64,000 bases of DNA. Source: an uncultured bacterium (GTDB lineage: Bacteria > Patescibacteriota > Minisyncoccia > Phycocordibacterales > CAIZLB01). This document shows, piece by piece, positions 30,500 through 40,019 of the stretch (position 1 is its first letter; each line of letters begins with the position of its first letter). The position numbers and the translations under genes were made by a program. The DNA lies in the NCBI GenBank assembly GCA_903936565.1, contig CAIZVZ010000005.1:38315-102314 (forward strand). The letters run 5' to 3'. The notes under the pieces are model-generated. The model was not told the origin of the DNA, did no database searches, and was given only the letters and a program-made list of their open reading frames with translations.

Positions 30500-31003
30500 T
30501 TATTCTGTTGCTGTAGTTTCCTCCACTGCCGCCTCTACCACTTCCACCTCAGGCTCTAGCGCTGCTGTTGCAGCCTCCTCTGCTTCTAATCTTGCAGCTT
30601 CTGCTTTAGTTAGATGAGATGAATCACGCTTTGTCATTTCCATCTTCATTCTCTTACTAATTTCTTTAGCTGCTTTGTCTCTGATGTAGTAAAGCTTAGC
30701 ACGACGAACTTTGGCACGCTTTGTAACTTCTATTTTATCAATATTAGGTGAGTACAATGGGAAGATTCTTTCTACTCCATAGCCTCCTGAAACCTTTCTA
30801 ACGGTAAAAGTACCTCCGGCTTCACTTCCATGCTTTCTAGCAAGAACAAGCCCCTCAAAAACTTGAAGACGAGTCTTACCTTTTTCTTGAATTTTTTGAT
30901 ACACCTTAACTGTATCGCCTACGCGCATATCAAAATCCTTTCTAGTAGCATCTGTTTTAGCCACCTTAATATCCTTTTTAACTGTTTTTATAGCTGCTGT
31001 CAT
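30500..31003 (-). CDS. rplS: 50S ribosomal protein L19
   Basis: [38 protein letters not shown]; start ATG 31003. Confidence 0.97.
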   Translation of the reverse strand: MTAAIKTVKKDIKVAKTDATRKDFDMRVGDTVKVYQKIQEKGKTRLQVFEGLVLARKHGSEAGGTFTVRKVSGGYGVERIFPLYSPNIDKIEVTKRAKVRRAKLYYIRDKAAKEISKRMKMEMTKRDSSHLTKAEAARLEAEEAATAALEPEVEVVEAAVEETTATE

Positions 31004-31060
31004 AGGGAGCAATATAGCAGAGATGCTGGGTTTTTGCAAATATCATTAGACAATAAACAC

Positions 31061-31882
31061 CTACGACAGGGATTCGGTAGCTTTTTTGAAATCAGCTGGA
31101 AGTTCAGCCTCAAATTCACTCATTTCTCCACTTACCCCACCTTCATCACTCATTGATGCATCGGATGGTAAAATTAGCTTTAATTTACGTGCATGAAGGG
31201 CTAGACGCTCAAATCCCAGGGCCTTAGGATGATTCTCGGCATACAAACTATCTCCCACCACAGGATGATTTATGGCCTTAAAATGAACCCTGATTTGATG
31301 TGTCCTTCCAGTTAGTGGATGAACCTCAACAAAAGTAAACATTAGGGGTATTTTGGAATTACCCTTGCCAACCATTATGGCACCCCGCTTCATTACAGGA
31401 TCTCCATCGAATCTCTTCAAAACCTTATATTCTGTAACAGCTGGACGAAGCTCTCCTCGAGAAAAACGTTGAGCGCTCCACTTTCTAAAGTCCCCCTTAC
31501 TTCTTCCAATATGTCTATCTATCACACCCTCATCTTCCTTAACAAAACCCCATACAAAAGTATTGTATGTTTTCTTGATTATATGATCCTGAAATTGTTT
31601 TTTGAGTATTTCAAATGCAGCCTGATTTCTAGCTACAACCATAACACCCGAGGTTTCCTTATCTAGTCTGTGCACAATCCCCGGCCTTCTTAGTGTGGTA
31701 GGCTCTTTGTTCGGCCCCCTACCGATTGTCATAGGTTCTCCCACGTCTTTAGTCTCAGGAAATTCTTCCTCAACAAAATCACACAAGGTTTTCTCTTCTG
31801 TCTTTCCGTCGCCATGAACCATAATGCCCGCTGGCTTGTTTATGATCAAAACGTCCTTATCTTGGTATATTATCGATAACAT
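31061..31882 (-). CDS. RluA family pseudouridine synthase
   Basis: INKPAG, VHRLDKETSG, TGRTHQIRVH, LHA; start ATG 31882. Confidence 0.94.
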   Translation of the reverse strand: MLSIIYQDKDVLIINKPAGIMVHGDGKTEEKTLCDFVEEEFPETKDVGEPMTIGRGPNKEPTTLRRPGIVHRLDKETSGVMVVARNQAAFEILKKQFQDHIIKKTYNTFVWGFVKEDEGVIDRHIGRSKGDFRKWSAQRFSRGELRPAVTEYKVLKRFDGDPVMKRGAIMVGKGNSKIPLMFTFVEVHPLTGRTHQIRVHFKAINHPVVGDSLYAENHPKALGFERLALHARKLKLILPSDASMSDEGGVSGEMSEFEAELPADFKKATESLS

Positions 31883-31946
31883 TACCGTTATCATACTTGA
31901 TATTGATATTATTTCAATAATAGTATATATTATGGGAACCAAATGA

Positions 31947-32022
31947 GGGCGATTAGCTCAGTTGGTAGAGCAACTCATTTACACTGAGAAGGTCAGGGGT
32001 TCGAGTCCCTTATCGCCCACCA
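31947..32022 (+). tRNA. tRNA-Val(TAC)
   Basis: Cloverleaf; anticodon loop TTTACAC; encoded CCA. Confidence 0.95.
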
Positions 32023-32142
32023 AAGAAAGAAAATAACGCATACGTAAGTGTGCGTTATTTTCTTGATTATTTTATTAGTTATGATTAAATATATCTTGGA
32101 TTCACAGTACGGATCCGCTCTCAACCATAACTACAAAAATCA

Positions 32143-32280
32143 GTGAACACCCGATCCAAGAAGAACGGTAGCCAACCAAAGAAAACAAGCCTAAAGGGCG
32201 TGAAAAACGGACCAGGCAAACCAGGCTGTCACCCACGTCCAGTTTACAGTGGCAGGGTCACCAACCACAGCAAAGGCTAG
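32143..32280 (+). CDS. Candidate 45-aa basic small protein
   Basis: GTG...TAG open frame MNTRSKKNGSQPKKTSLKGVKNGPGKPGCHPRPVYSGRVTNHSKG, followed by a strong terminator. Confidence 0.35.
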   Translation: MNTRSKKNGSQPKKTSLKGVKNGPGKPGCHPRPVYSGRVTNHSKG

Positions 32281-32300
32281 GCACCGTTTAACTCAACCCC

Positions 32301-32334
32301 GGCAGGCGTGGGAATCCCACGCCTGCCTTTTCTT
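32301..32334 (+). terminator. Intrinsic terminator
   Basis: ggcaggcgtggg-aat-cccacgcctgcc followed by ttttctt. Confidence 0.85.
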
Positions 32335-32402
32335 ATCTAAGATTTTATTTCATTCAGTCCTAAGCGCCCCACAAAAAAAACACCTTGTCGGTGTTTTAAC
32401 GG

Positions 32403-32585
32403 TTGTGCTCTCGGTAGGAATCTTCCCCTACGGGGACGGTACAGGTTTCGTATCATGCTCGCTACGCATCGCACAATATACTCAACCTTTTCGATTCCTA
32501 CGCGCAAGCCAAACGGTTGGCTTGCTCTCGAGCCCAAAACTAAAAACGCCTTTCGGCGTTTTGTTTTGTGCTCTCGGTAGGAATC
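32403..32585. repeat. 20-bp direct repeat of the tRNA-Arg 3' end enclosing a structured element
   Basis: ttgtgctctcggtaggaatc at 32403-32422 and 32566-32585; inverted copy ttcgattcctac at 32490-32501. Confidence 0.85.
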
Positions 32586-32640
32586 GAACCTACATTAACG
32601 GCTTAGAAGTCCGCAGTTCTATCCATTGAACTACAAGAGC
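32569..32640 (-). tRNA. tRNA-Arg(TCT)
   Basis: Cloverleaf; anticodon loop CTTCTAA. Confidence 0.93.
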
Positions 32641-32699
32641 ATGCAAATACAATAGCATATTTTTTAGATTTTACCAGCCCCACCCCATCTAAGTAAAAC

Positions 32700-33080
32700 C
32701 TAGCGCTTAATGTTGGTTGTGGTACCAGAAGTTGTTGAATTTCCCACCATAGAGGTTCCAACGACCGCATTATTATTTTCATAAGTAGCCTTGGTGCTTG
32801 TTGCTACTACCCCCCAAGACACCTCCCTGATTTGATATTTCTCAATTACGCTTTTAATCTCCGCCTCCTTATCCTTTACAGGAACAAAGTCTGTCGCTTC
32901 ACCTGCATCAGACATTAAAGTTGACTGAACGGAAAAATAGAAAAAATAACTCCAAATAAAAACTCCTAGTATTATAGAAAAAGATATAATCATAATTCTT
33001 TGCCAATCCTGAACAGGTCGACTGCCGAATATATACATATTCTTTAATTTACTTCCAAATTGTCCTAGTTCTATGTTCAT
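32700..33080 (-). CDS. Hypothetical single-TM protein, last gene of the pilMNO-like operon
   Basis: ORF with a TM helix, abutting the PilO-like gene. Confidence 0.65.
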   Translation of the reverse strand: MNIELGQFGSKLKNMYIFGSRPVQDWQRIMIISFSIILGVFIWSYFFYFSVQSTLMSDAGEATDFVPVKDKEAEIKSVIEKYQIREVSWGVVATSTKATYENNNAVVGTSMVGNSTTSGTTTNIKR

Positions 33081-33081
33081 A

Positions 33082-33627
33082 TTATTTTTCTTTGACTACT
33101 AATATTTGTAAATCTAACTGTTGGGAACTCGTCGCAGTCTGCAGTCCACCGACTTTTGCAGTAGAATAACTTTTTATCTTTATATTAAAAGGCAGAGATT
33201 CAACTTTATCAACAAAATTTGAGACTGATAACTTGGTACCAGAAATACTTTCCTTTATACTTAAATATTCTTTATTAAACTTAGATAAATTACCGTCCTG
33301 TACTATCTCAATGGCATTTGTACTGAATGTTAAATTGTTTAATGTTGCCAAATCTTCTATCGTCTGTACAAACTTTATAGAACCTTCATTATCAACTGGA
33401 ACAATGTACTTCATCAAATCTGCATTTCTTGCGTCTGCATTCTGAGCAACTCTCTTTATGGAATTCAGGCTATCTTCCTCCTTTTTTAAATCATTAGATT
33501 TCTTATAAATACTTACCAAATCTCCTCCCATACCCCCAACATAAACCACAGCAAAACAATATCCAGAAATAGATGCTAGGGCAAGTATTATCGATATTAT
33601 TAATGTGTAGAAAGTTTTTTTAGTCAT
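33082..33627 (-). CDS. PilO-like type IV pilus assembly protein
   Basis: TM + coiled coil + ferredoxin-like end (FVDKVESLPFNIKI); position after pilM/pilN. Confidence 0.65.
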   Translation of the reverse strand: MTKKTFYTLIISIILALASISGYCFAVVYVGGMGGDLVSIYKKSNDLKKEEDSLNSIKRVAQNADARNADLMKYIVPVDNEGSIKFVQTIEDLATLNNLTFSTNAIEIVQDGNLSKFNKEYLSIKESISGTKLSVSNFVDKVESLPFNIKIKSYSTAKVGGLQTATSSQQLDLQILVVKEK

Positions 33628-33630
33628 TGT

Positions 33631-34182
33631 CTATTTTTTTACAGACTTAATTAAATTAAAATTAAATGAAAAACTTAAATCTTTCTTTCTTGTAAAGCTT
33701 GTAATTGGTATATTTATACTTGTAAATTCTGGGTTTGAATTAATTTTCTTCTGTAATTCTATTAATTTGTCTCTATCTGGAGCAACACCACTTATGCTAA
33801 TTGAAGCACTGTTATCATCAATCAATCCATAGGTGTATCTATCAATATAAACCCCCTCTGGTAAGCTGTTTAAAATCTTATTATATGCCTCTTTGGGGGA
33901 TAATATATTTATAGATGTTTTAAGAGCTTCCAAACTTGAATTGACTAACTTAATTTTATCTTGAAAGTTTTGATCCTTTAATACCTGAACGGACCTTTCT
34001 TTTATTTGGTTCTCGCTCTTAATTATATTCACCCTACCTACAGCAGATAGATAACTCGGAAGAAGGCAAGCTAACCCAACCAAAGATATAAACACAATAA
34101 TCCAACAAATCACAATAACAAGCCTCATTTTATACTCTTTGATAACCTTTTTCTTTTGTGATTCTGATAATAGGTGTAACAT
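33631..34182 (-). CDS. PilN-like type IV pilus assembly protein
   Basis: N-terminal MLHLL (INLL-like), TM, LPEGVYI..ISISGVA; follows pilM. Confidence 0.72.
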   Translation of the reverse strand: MLHLLSESQKKKVIKEYKMRLVIVICWIIVFISLVGLACLLPSYLSAVGRVNIIKSENQIKERSVQVLKDQNFQDKIKLVNSSLEALKTSINILSPKEAYNKILNSLPEGVYIDRYTYGLIDDNSASISISGVAPDRDKLIELQKKINSNPEFTSINIPITSFTRKKDLSFSFNFNLIKSVKK

Positions 34183-34186
34183 CTTT

Positions 34187-35308
34187 TTATTGATCTTTTA
34201 ATAAAGCCAGGCCAAAAGCAGTACCATACCCCAAAGATTCTCGCATGGAAATCTCTGGTATTTCATTCTCAAACGATAGAATGTTAGTCCAAACATTCGC
34301 AACCTCAACCGGAGTCTTTAGTGATATTGCGAGGAAGTCTCTAAAACCAACAACACCAGCTTCCTTTCCCGCTATTAATATCTTCTTGACTCCCGCTGAT
34401 GAATTACCGTTATTTGGTAAACCAGAAACCGCATCAACATTACTCTTAAAATTATTTATACTATTCCAGTAAATAAACACCTTTCTAATTTCCTCGACCA
34501 ACAAATTAGCAGTTGACATCAACGCATTAGAAACGGCCTCATTACCAATGTCTCGTGAAAAACCCTTCTCGAACTTTATTGAAACAGCAGCATCTTCATC
34601 GAGGGACGCACCTTTCATAATGGCGTTAGTAAAATCTTCGGATCCAATAGCGATCGTGGAGGTAAACTGAACAGCCTCATCGTTCACAACCGACAAGACA
34701 GTACTCTTGTGACTAATGTTAACAATGAAATAATTTTCTCTGTCCCCTTTTTTGATAATAGCTCGAGATAATGCTTGGTTTTCAATAAGAAAGGAAATTG
34801 GAAACATTCCGCAAGACTCAAACAACTCAATATATTCATTTATCACAACAACTGGCACAACAGAGACGGCCAAAAATTGCATACCCGTACTCTCATTTTT
34901 CTTTATTCTATGATAATCAAAAATTGCATCATCTAACGATAATGGCACATTTTCTTCAAGGTGCATCTCTATTCTATTTCTAATTTCTTCTTTTGTTCCA
35001 TCGACCACCTCGATAGTGAACAGATAAGCCTTCTCTTCTGGAATAGATATCTCTACAAACTTTAACTTATATTTTTTTTGAATCTTTTTTAATATATCTA
35101 TTAGATTTTTATTAGACAACAGTGATTCATTCGGCAAAATCGGTGATTCCAACTTTTCCTCGGTACAACATTTTAATTTTAACCCCCTAGCAGTTCTAAT
35201 AATTTCAGCCATATGAACAGCGGAGGAGCTGATATCAAAACCAGCATGGGACATTTCTAGATAGTGCGAAGTTGGAAAATATTTATTTAATGTATCTAGG
35301 TACGACAT
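34187..35308 (-). CDS. pilM: Type IV pilus assembly protein PilM
   Basis: GFDISSSAV actin-like fold; VEVANVW; YGTAFGLAL. Confidence 0.85.
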   Translation of the reverse strand: MSYLDTLNKYFPTSHYLEMSHAGFDISSSAVHMAEIIRTARGLKLKCCTEEKLESPILPNESLLSNKNLIDILKKIQKKYKLKFVEISIPEEKAYLFTIEVVDGTKEEIRNRIEMHLEENVPLSLDDAIFDYHRIKKNESTGMQFLAVSVVPVVVINEYIELFESCGMFPISFLIENQALSRAIIKKGDRENYFIVNISHKSTVLSVVNDEAVQFTSTIAIGSEDFTNAIMKGASLDEDAAVSIKFEKGFSRDIGNEAVSNALMSTANLLVEEIRKVFIYWNSINNFKSNVDAVSGLPNNGNSSAGVKKILIAGKEAGVVGFRDFLAISLKTPVEVANVWTNILSFENEIPEISMRESLGYGTAFGLALLKDQ

Positions 35309-35386
35309 GTACTACTATTCTATCATAACAAAAAGATTTTGTTATAGTTATTTTGAAACTTTTTTCAGTTTTTATTTTAATTAAGA

Positions 35387-36250
35387 CTATTTTAACTTTG
35401 TACCATTTGGTAAATCCTTACTTGGATTAAGTAGGGCTAAATTGTCACCTGAGTTGCCAGCTAAAATCATAGCCTGACTCTCTTGCCCCATCATCATTCT
35501 AGGAGCTAGGTTTGTAACAAATGGAAACTTCTTTCCCAGAATTTCTTCCATTTCTACATATTTTGCAATTCCCGATAGAACCTGCCTTGGCTTTTCTTCA
35601 CCAAAATCAACTGATAGTTTCAATAACTTATCAGACCCTTCTATCTTTTCTGCGGATAAAATCTGGCCAATCTTTATTTCAACCTTAACAAAATCGTCTA
35701 TTGTAATATAGTCTGGAGTTTTAGGTACCCCTGCCTCTGGAGCCCTGTCGGCAGATGCCGCGTTGTCCACAACTATTTCATCCCCTGCTGTTGTTTGTGT
35801 ATTCATATTTTTAAATTTTATTCTATCTAGATAACTTTGTAAAATTATAGCCGCTGCTGATGCATCTACGTTCTTATTCTCACCTTGAAACTTAGTAGCT
35901 TGAACCGTGGAGTATAATTCTGGTTCATATACAACATCAAATCCAGCTTCTTCAAGTTTTGATCCAAAGAACCTAGCATCCACCATTATTGTATTATCAA
36001 CCCCCTTCAAATCTACCGAGTGTCCAATTATAACAGTCTGGGCCTGCTTTTCTTTTATAATATCAAACACCTCCTGCAAGGCCAACCTTATCCTTTCCTC
36101 CCTCTTATCTGTATCGTGACCAAAACCAGGAACCACCGACAAAGGAAATGCTAATAAACCAAGCTCATCCGAGACAGCTACGCCGATTCTCTTTGATCCA
36201 AAATCTAGCCCTACTATCCTTTTGTTTACTTCAGAGACATCTTTATTCAT
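35387..36250 (-). CDS. YqgF/RuvX nuclease fused to a Trbp111/MetG-C tRNA-binding domain
   Basis: N: GLDFGSKRIGVAVSD..DASAAAIILQSYLD; C: ITIDDFVKVEIKIG..DKLLKL..NLAPRMMMGQESQAMIL. Confidence 0.88.
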   Translation of the reverse strand: MNKDVSEVNKRIVGLDFGSKRIGVAVSDELGLLAFPLSVVPGFGHDTDKREERIRLALQEVFDIIKEKQAQTVIIGHSVDLKGVDNTIMVDARFFGSKLEEAGFDVVYEPELYSTVQATKFQGENKNVDASAAAIILQSYLDRIKFKNMNTQTTAGDEIVVDNAASADRAPEAGVPKTPDYITIDDFVKVEIKIGQILSAEKIEGSDKLLKLSVDFGEEKPRQVLSGIAKYVEMEEILGKKFPFVTNLAPRMMMGQESQAMILAGNSGDNLALLNPSKDLPNGTKLK

Positions 36251-36371
36251 GATTATTTGTAGTCTATCAAAAAGAATGGTTTGTGGCTAATTATGATAAT
36301 AAGAGCCGTGAGATGTTGACCAAATCCTCATCTATTGTTTTTTTCTTTATTTTTGCTAATATGACAAGCAC

Positions 36372-36458
36372 GGAGGAGTGGCAGAGTGGTCTAATGCACT
36401 TGTCTTGAAAACAAGAGTCTCTTTACGGGGACCGTGAGTTCGAATCTCACCTCCTCCG
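36372..36458 (+). tRNA. tRNA-Ser(TGA)
   Basis: Cloverleaf with long variable arm; anticodon loop CTTGAAA. Confidence 0.94.
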
Positions 36459-36523
36459 CCGATATTTAAAAAGCGCCCAGCGGGGGCGTTTTTTTATTTA
36501 CAAACCTTGGGTTTTATTTTGAT

Positions 36524-37228
36524 CTACCAAGGCATTCTCTCCTTTCCAAACCAGAAGCCTCCGGTCTCCTTATCTGAAACAACAACACTATAAATACCTA
36601 GAGCAGCCTCTTCTGCTGTTATATCAGCCTCTGGTCCACCAAGATCGGTCCTAACCCATCCAGGGTGAACCGAAGAAACTATTATATCTGACTTCTTCAA
36701 CCTCTGCGCCAGAGTGCATGTATACATATTTAGCCCAGCTTTTGAAATTTTATAGCTAGGATAATGATATGGATAGTGGCTCTCAACCCTACCTGCTTTT
36801 TCCAGCGACCCCGCAGAAGACGAAATATTTATAATTTGTCCACCAGAATTTATTTGAGAAATCAGCCTTTCTGTAAAATCGATTGGCCCAACCAGGTTGA
36901 CCTCTAGTGTTTTTCTAAGTTTATCAACAATCACACTTGTGTCATCCTCATCAAAAAGTGCGCCTGCGTTATTTATTAAAATATCAATTTTTGTCCCTGT
37001 TTCAATTATTTCATTAGCACACCTTTCTATACTTTCAGGTGAAGATAAATCTAGCTCGAAGATTTTTGCTTTAGGTACCCCGTCGCAAGATTCAGTCCCT
37101 GTTTCGGTGTTAATTTTACCAACCCCAGTATAAACCGTTCCCAAAACATCAAAGCCTTCTTTTGTAAATTTAAGACGAAGCGCCTCCCCTATTCCTTTTG
37201 AAACCCCTGTAATTAGTACTGTTTTCAT
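36524..37228 (-). CDS. SDR family oxidoreductase
   Basis: TGVSKGIG, NNAG, YKISK, HPGWVRTD. Confidence 0.93.
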   Translation of the reverse strand: MKTVLITGVSKGIGEALRLKFTKEGFDVLGTVYTGVGKINTETGTESCDGVPKAKIFELDLSSPESIERCANEIIETGTKIDILINNAGALFDEDDTSVIVDKLRKTLEVNLVGPIDFTERLISQINSGGQIINISSSAGSLEKAGRVESHYPYHYPSYKISKAGLNMYTCTLAQRLKKSDIIVSSVHPGWVRTDLGGPEADITAEEAALGIYSVVVSDKETGGFWFGKERMPW

Positions 37229-37323
37229 ATTGTAAGCATATCATGAATTTTTCAACACTTAAATATTTTATTCGAGAATAACATTTATCAAAATACGAAA
37301 TGGGTGATATAATTATTTTAATC

Positions 37324-37806
37324 ATGGACAATGAACCACAAGTCAAATCAATAACCTGGGAAACTTACGAGCATGAACATCGGGAAAAAAGTAAAGACTG
37401 GTATTGGTCTCTTGGAATTTTAATTGTCACAGCGTCAGTTCTGTCTATAATTTTTGGTAATTATCTTTTTGGAATACTACTTATCGTTATAGGTGTATCA
37501 CTTGCGGTTGTTGGATCCAAACATCCAAAGTTAACCATTTTTGAATTAAACAAGATGGGTATCAGAATTGGCAATAAACTATTTCCCTACGCCACCCTTG
37601 AGGCTTTTTGGGTTCAGGATAATGGGGAACACGACCGACCATCTCAATTATTGGTTAAGTCAAGAAAGACAATGGTACCTTTATTGATAATCCCAATCGA
37701 AGGAATAGAGACTCACGAGATTAGGGATTTCTTATTGTATAATCTACTTGAAAAGGAGATGGAGGAGTCCCTTTCACAGCTAATACTAGAAAATTTGGGT
37801 TTTTAG
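37324..37806 (+). CDS. Hypothetical membrane protein
   Basis: Two TM helices then a soluble domain; start ATG 37324 after TGATATAAT. Confidence 0.7.
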   Translation: MDNEPQVKSITWETYEHEHREKSKDWYWSLGILIVTASVLSIIFGNYLFGILLIVIGVSLAVVGSKHPKLTIFELNKMGIRIGNKLFPYATLEAFWVQDNGEHDRPSQLLVKSRKTMVPLLIIPIEGIETHEIRDFLLYNLLEKEMEESLSQLILENLGF

Positions 37807-37833
37807 CAAATCTGTGGTACTTTTTATGGTATC

Positions 37834-37905
37834 GCTCTCGTCGTTCAATGGATAGGACATGACTTTGCGGAAGTTAAAATGTAGGTTCGATTCCTACCGG
37901 GAGCA
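37834..37905 (+). tRNA. tRNA-Arg(GCG)
   Basis: Cloverleaf; anticodon loop TTGCGGA. Confidence 0.9.
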
Positions 37906-37964
37906 CAAAAATAGAATGTTTTATTATTGGGTGTGTTTTGAAATTCTGTGATAAAATACTGAGT

Positions 37965-38228
37965 ATGAATAATTTACCTCTTGTTATCCCCGTAATATAT
38001 TTATTGATATATTGGGTGGGAGCATTCTTCATTGTATATCACCTGCTTAAATACGGTATTACATACTGGCCCAAAAGAGTGGCGGCAGTATTCCTAGCTG
38101 GATCTATAGTACTCAGCGTACTCAGCTTTATGCTCTTTACCCAAATAGATTTTCAACAGCTTTTCGATGGAAAGCTCTTACAAAGCAATAACAGCTTTTT
38201 AGAAAATTTTAAGCAAAAAACACAATAA
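37965..38228 (+). CDS. Small hypothetical membrane protein
   Basis: Two TM helices; start ATG 37965 after TGATAAAAT. Confidence 0.65.
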   Translation: MNNLPLVIPVIYLLIYWVGAFFIVYHLLKYGITYWPKRVAAVFLAGSIVLSVLSFMLFTQIDFQQLFDGKLLQSNNSFLENFKQKTQ

Positions 38229-38229
38229 T

Positions 38230-38904
38230 ATGCCAAAAATAGTACTTAGAAAACAAAATTGGTTTTTCGACGGTAAGGAGGACGAAGAGGATGTAATTCT
38301 TGTTTTACACAGGCACGTTGTCACGTTAGTGGCTAAAATAACCCTGATTGTATTTTTTGCTTTTTTGCCATTTGTTTTTTTGGTTGTTTTTAGTTCCGTA
38401 ATTGTTAAATACAACCTAATATCTGTTTATTCTTTTGCTTGGATTACCTACTACTTATTCCTATGGTTCTGGTTATTTTACGTAATAACGATGTATTCCT
38501 TGGATAACTGGGTAGTTACAACAAAAAGAGTTGTAGACAGCCTTCAAACAGGATTCTTTAACAGGAGGGTCGCTGAGTTGCAGCTCGACAAGATTCAGGA
38601 CGTTTCATACAAAGTACAAGGCCTAATACCAACATTCTTTAATTATGGATTGGTAGAAATACAAACCGCAAGTAAGGACAACAAATTTTTCTTTGAGCAG
38701 GTTCCTAATCCCCAGAGAGTTAAAGACGTCATAATGGAGCTCATAATTGAAGAGGAGGAGGAAACCGAATCTGGAGGAGATAACAAACACCCCCATCCAC
38801 ATAGACATGTTTTGGTTGCAAACCATGGAATCCCAACACACCTAGTAACAGAAAACGCGGAGGATGTTGCTGAAGTTGATAAGGATATTCAATCTGGAAT
38901 TTAA
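38230..38904 (+). CDS. Membrane protein with bacterial PH domain
   Basis: WVVTTKRVV..GFFNR..LDKIQDV..NYGLVEIQTA..VPNP. Confidence 0.82.
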   Translation: MPKIVLRKQNWFFDGKEDEEDVILVLHRHVVTLVAKITLIVFFAFLPFVFLVVFSSVIVKYNLISVYSFAWITYYLFLWFWLFYVITMYSLDNWVVTTKRVVDSLQTGFFNRRVAELQLDKIQDVSYKVQGLIPTFFNYGLVEIQTASKDNKFFFEQVPNPQRVKDVIMELIIEEEEETESGGDNKHPHPHRHVLVANHGIPTHLVTENAEDVAEVDKDIQSGI

Positions 38905-38976
38905 AACCATAAAAAACATCGAAACAAAAAAAACACCCGTCGGGTGCTTTTTTGTTTATTTAAAAGACTTAATAAA

Positions 38977-39237
38977 TTAGCCTAATTTCTTAACCATCTT
39001 ACTTAGTCTTGACTTCTTTCTGTCTGCTGCACCTTTCTTGATAAGACCACTCTTTGCAGCCTTATCTAATTCCTTATAAGCCTTAGATAGAGCTGTTTGA
39101 GCTGTAGCCTTGTCTGTTGCTGTAAGACTCTTAACACCCTTAACTGCGATGTCTACCTTCTTCTTACGACGGACATTAACAACTCTCTTTCTCTCTGAGC
39201 CTCTAAGTGCTTTTTTTGCTGATTGGGTTATTGGCAT
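38977..39237 (-). CDS. rpsT: 30S ribosomal protein S20
   Basis: MPITQSAKKALR..LDKAAKSGLIKKGAADRKKSRL. Confidence 0.96.
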   Translation of the reverse strand: MPITQSAKKALRGSERKRVVNVRRKKKVDIAVKGVKSLTATDKATAQTALSKAYKELDKAAKSGLIKKGAADRKKSRLSKMVKKLG

Positions 39238-39358
39238 ATGTATTGCAAACAATAGCAGAAAAGTTGTTTTTTGACAACTCCAAACCTAGATTACAGTAAC
39301 AAGCACTAGAAAGGTAGGTGTTTTAGCAAAACCAACAACTGGGTGGTATAATACCTCC

Positions 39359-39976
39359 ATGATTGGATATCTAAAAGGAGACATTATTTATAGGGATTTG
39401 AAGTTTTTGATAATAAATACAGGGAGTGGTCAAAATGGTGTTGGCTACAAGGTATATACAACCCCAGACTTTATTACGGAAACTGAAAATTTAGACCGTG
39501 TTGAAATGTGGATTCACACCGTAGTTAAAGACGACGCTATAGATTTATATGGATTCAAAAACAAGGGATCTTTGGACTTCTTCGATCTCCTTCTAAGTGT
39601 TTCTGGAATAGGACCGAAGTCCGCCCTGAATATTCTCGGACTAGCCAACACCCAAAACTTAAGACAAGCGATTGTTTCTCAGGATATCTCATACCTAACA
39701 AATGTTTCTGGAATTAGTAAAAAAATAGCGGAAAAGATAGTTTTGGAATTAAAAGGAAAGGTTCTTGGTGGGGACGATGATGAATCTGATGGAGTCGGAA
39801 TATTGTCCAGCAATAAACAAAGTAGAGGTGTTGAAGTTGAGGCACTTGAAGCTCTCAAGGCGTTGGGATATACTCAGCGAGAAGCAAGGGAGGCGCTCGA
39901 AAATGTATCTAAAGAAATTAAGGATTCAAAAGATATAAGTGCTATACTAAAGGCAACACTCAAGGTTTTAAGTTAA
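39359..39976 (+). CDS. ruvA: Holliday junction branch migration protein RuvA
   Basis: MIGYLKG, GVGYKV, LYGF, VSGIGPKSAL, ALKALGY. Confidence 0.96.
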   Translation: MIGYLKGDIIYRDLKFLIINTGSGQNGVGYKVYTTPDFITETENLDRVEMWIHTVVKDDAIDLYGFKNKGSLDFFDLLLSVSGIGPKSALNILGLANTQNLRQAIVSQDISYLTNVSGISKKIAEKIVLELKGKVLGGDDDESDGVGILSSNKQSRGVEVEALEALKALGYTQREAREALENVSKEIKDSKDISAILKATLKVLS

Positions 39977-40019
39977 TTAACACCCAAAACACCTCCCCTG
40001 CTCCGACATAAATAACAAT

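Noticed and set aside
32249-32629. ORF-track entries 32249-32629 (+) and 32337-32537 (-)
   Set aside because: They run across terminators, the repeat element and tRNA-Arg; no protein-like signal
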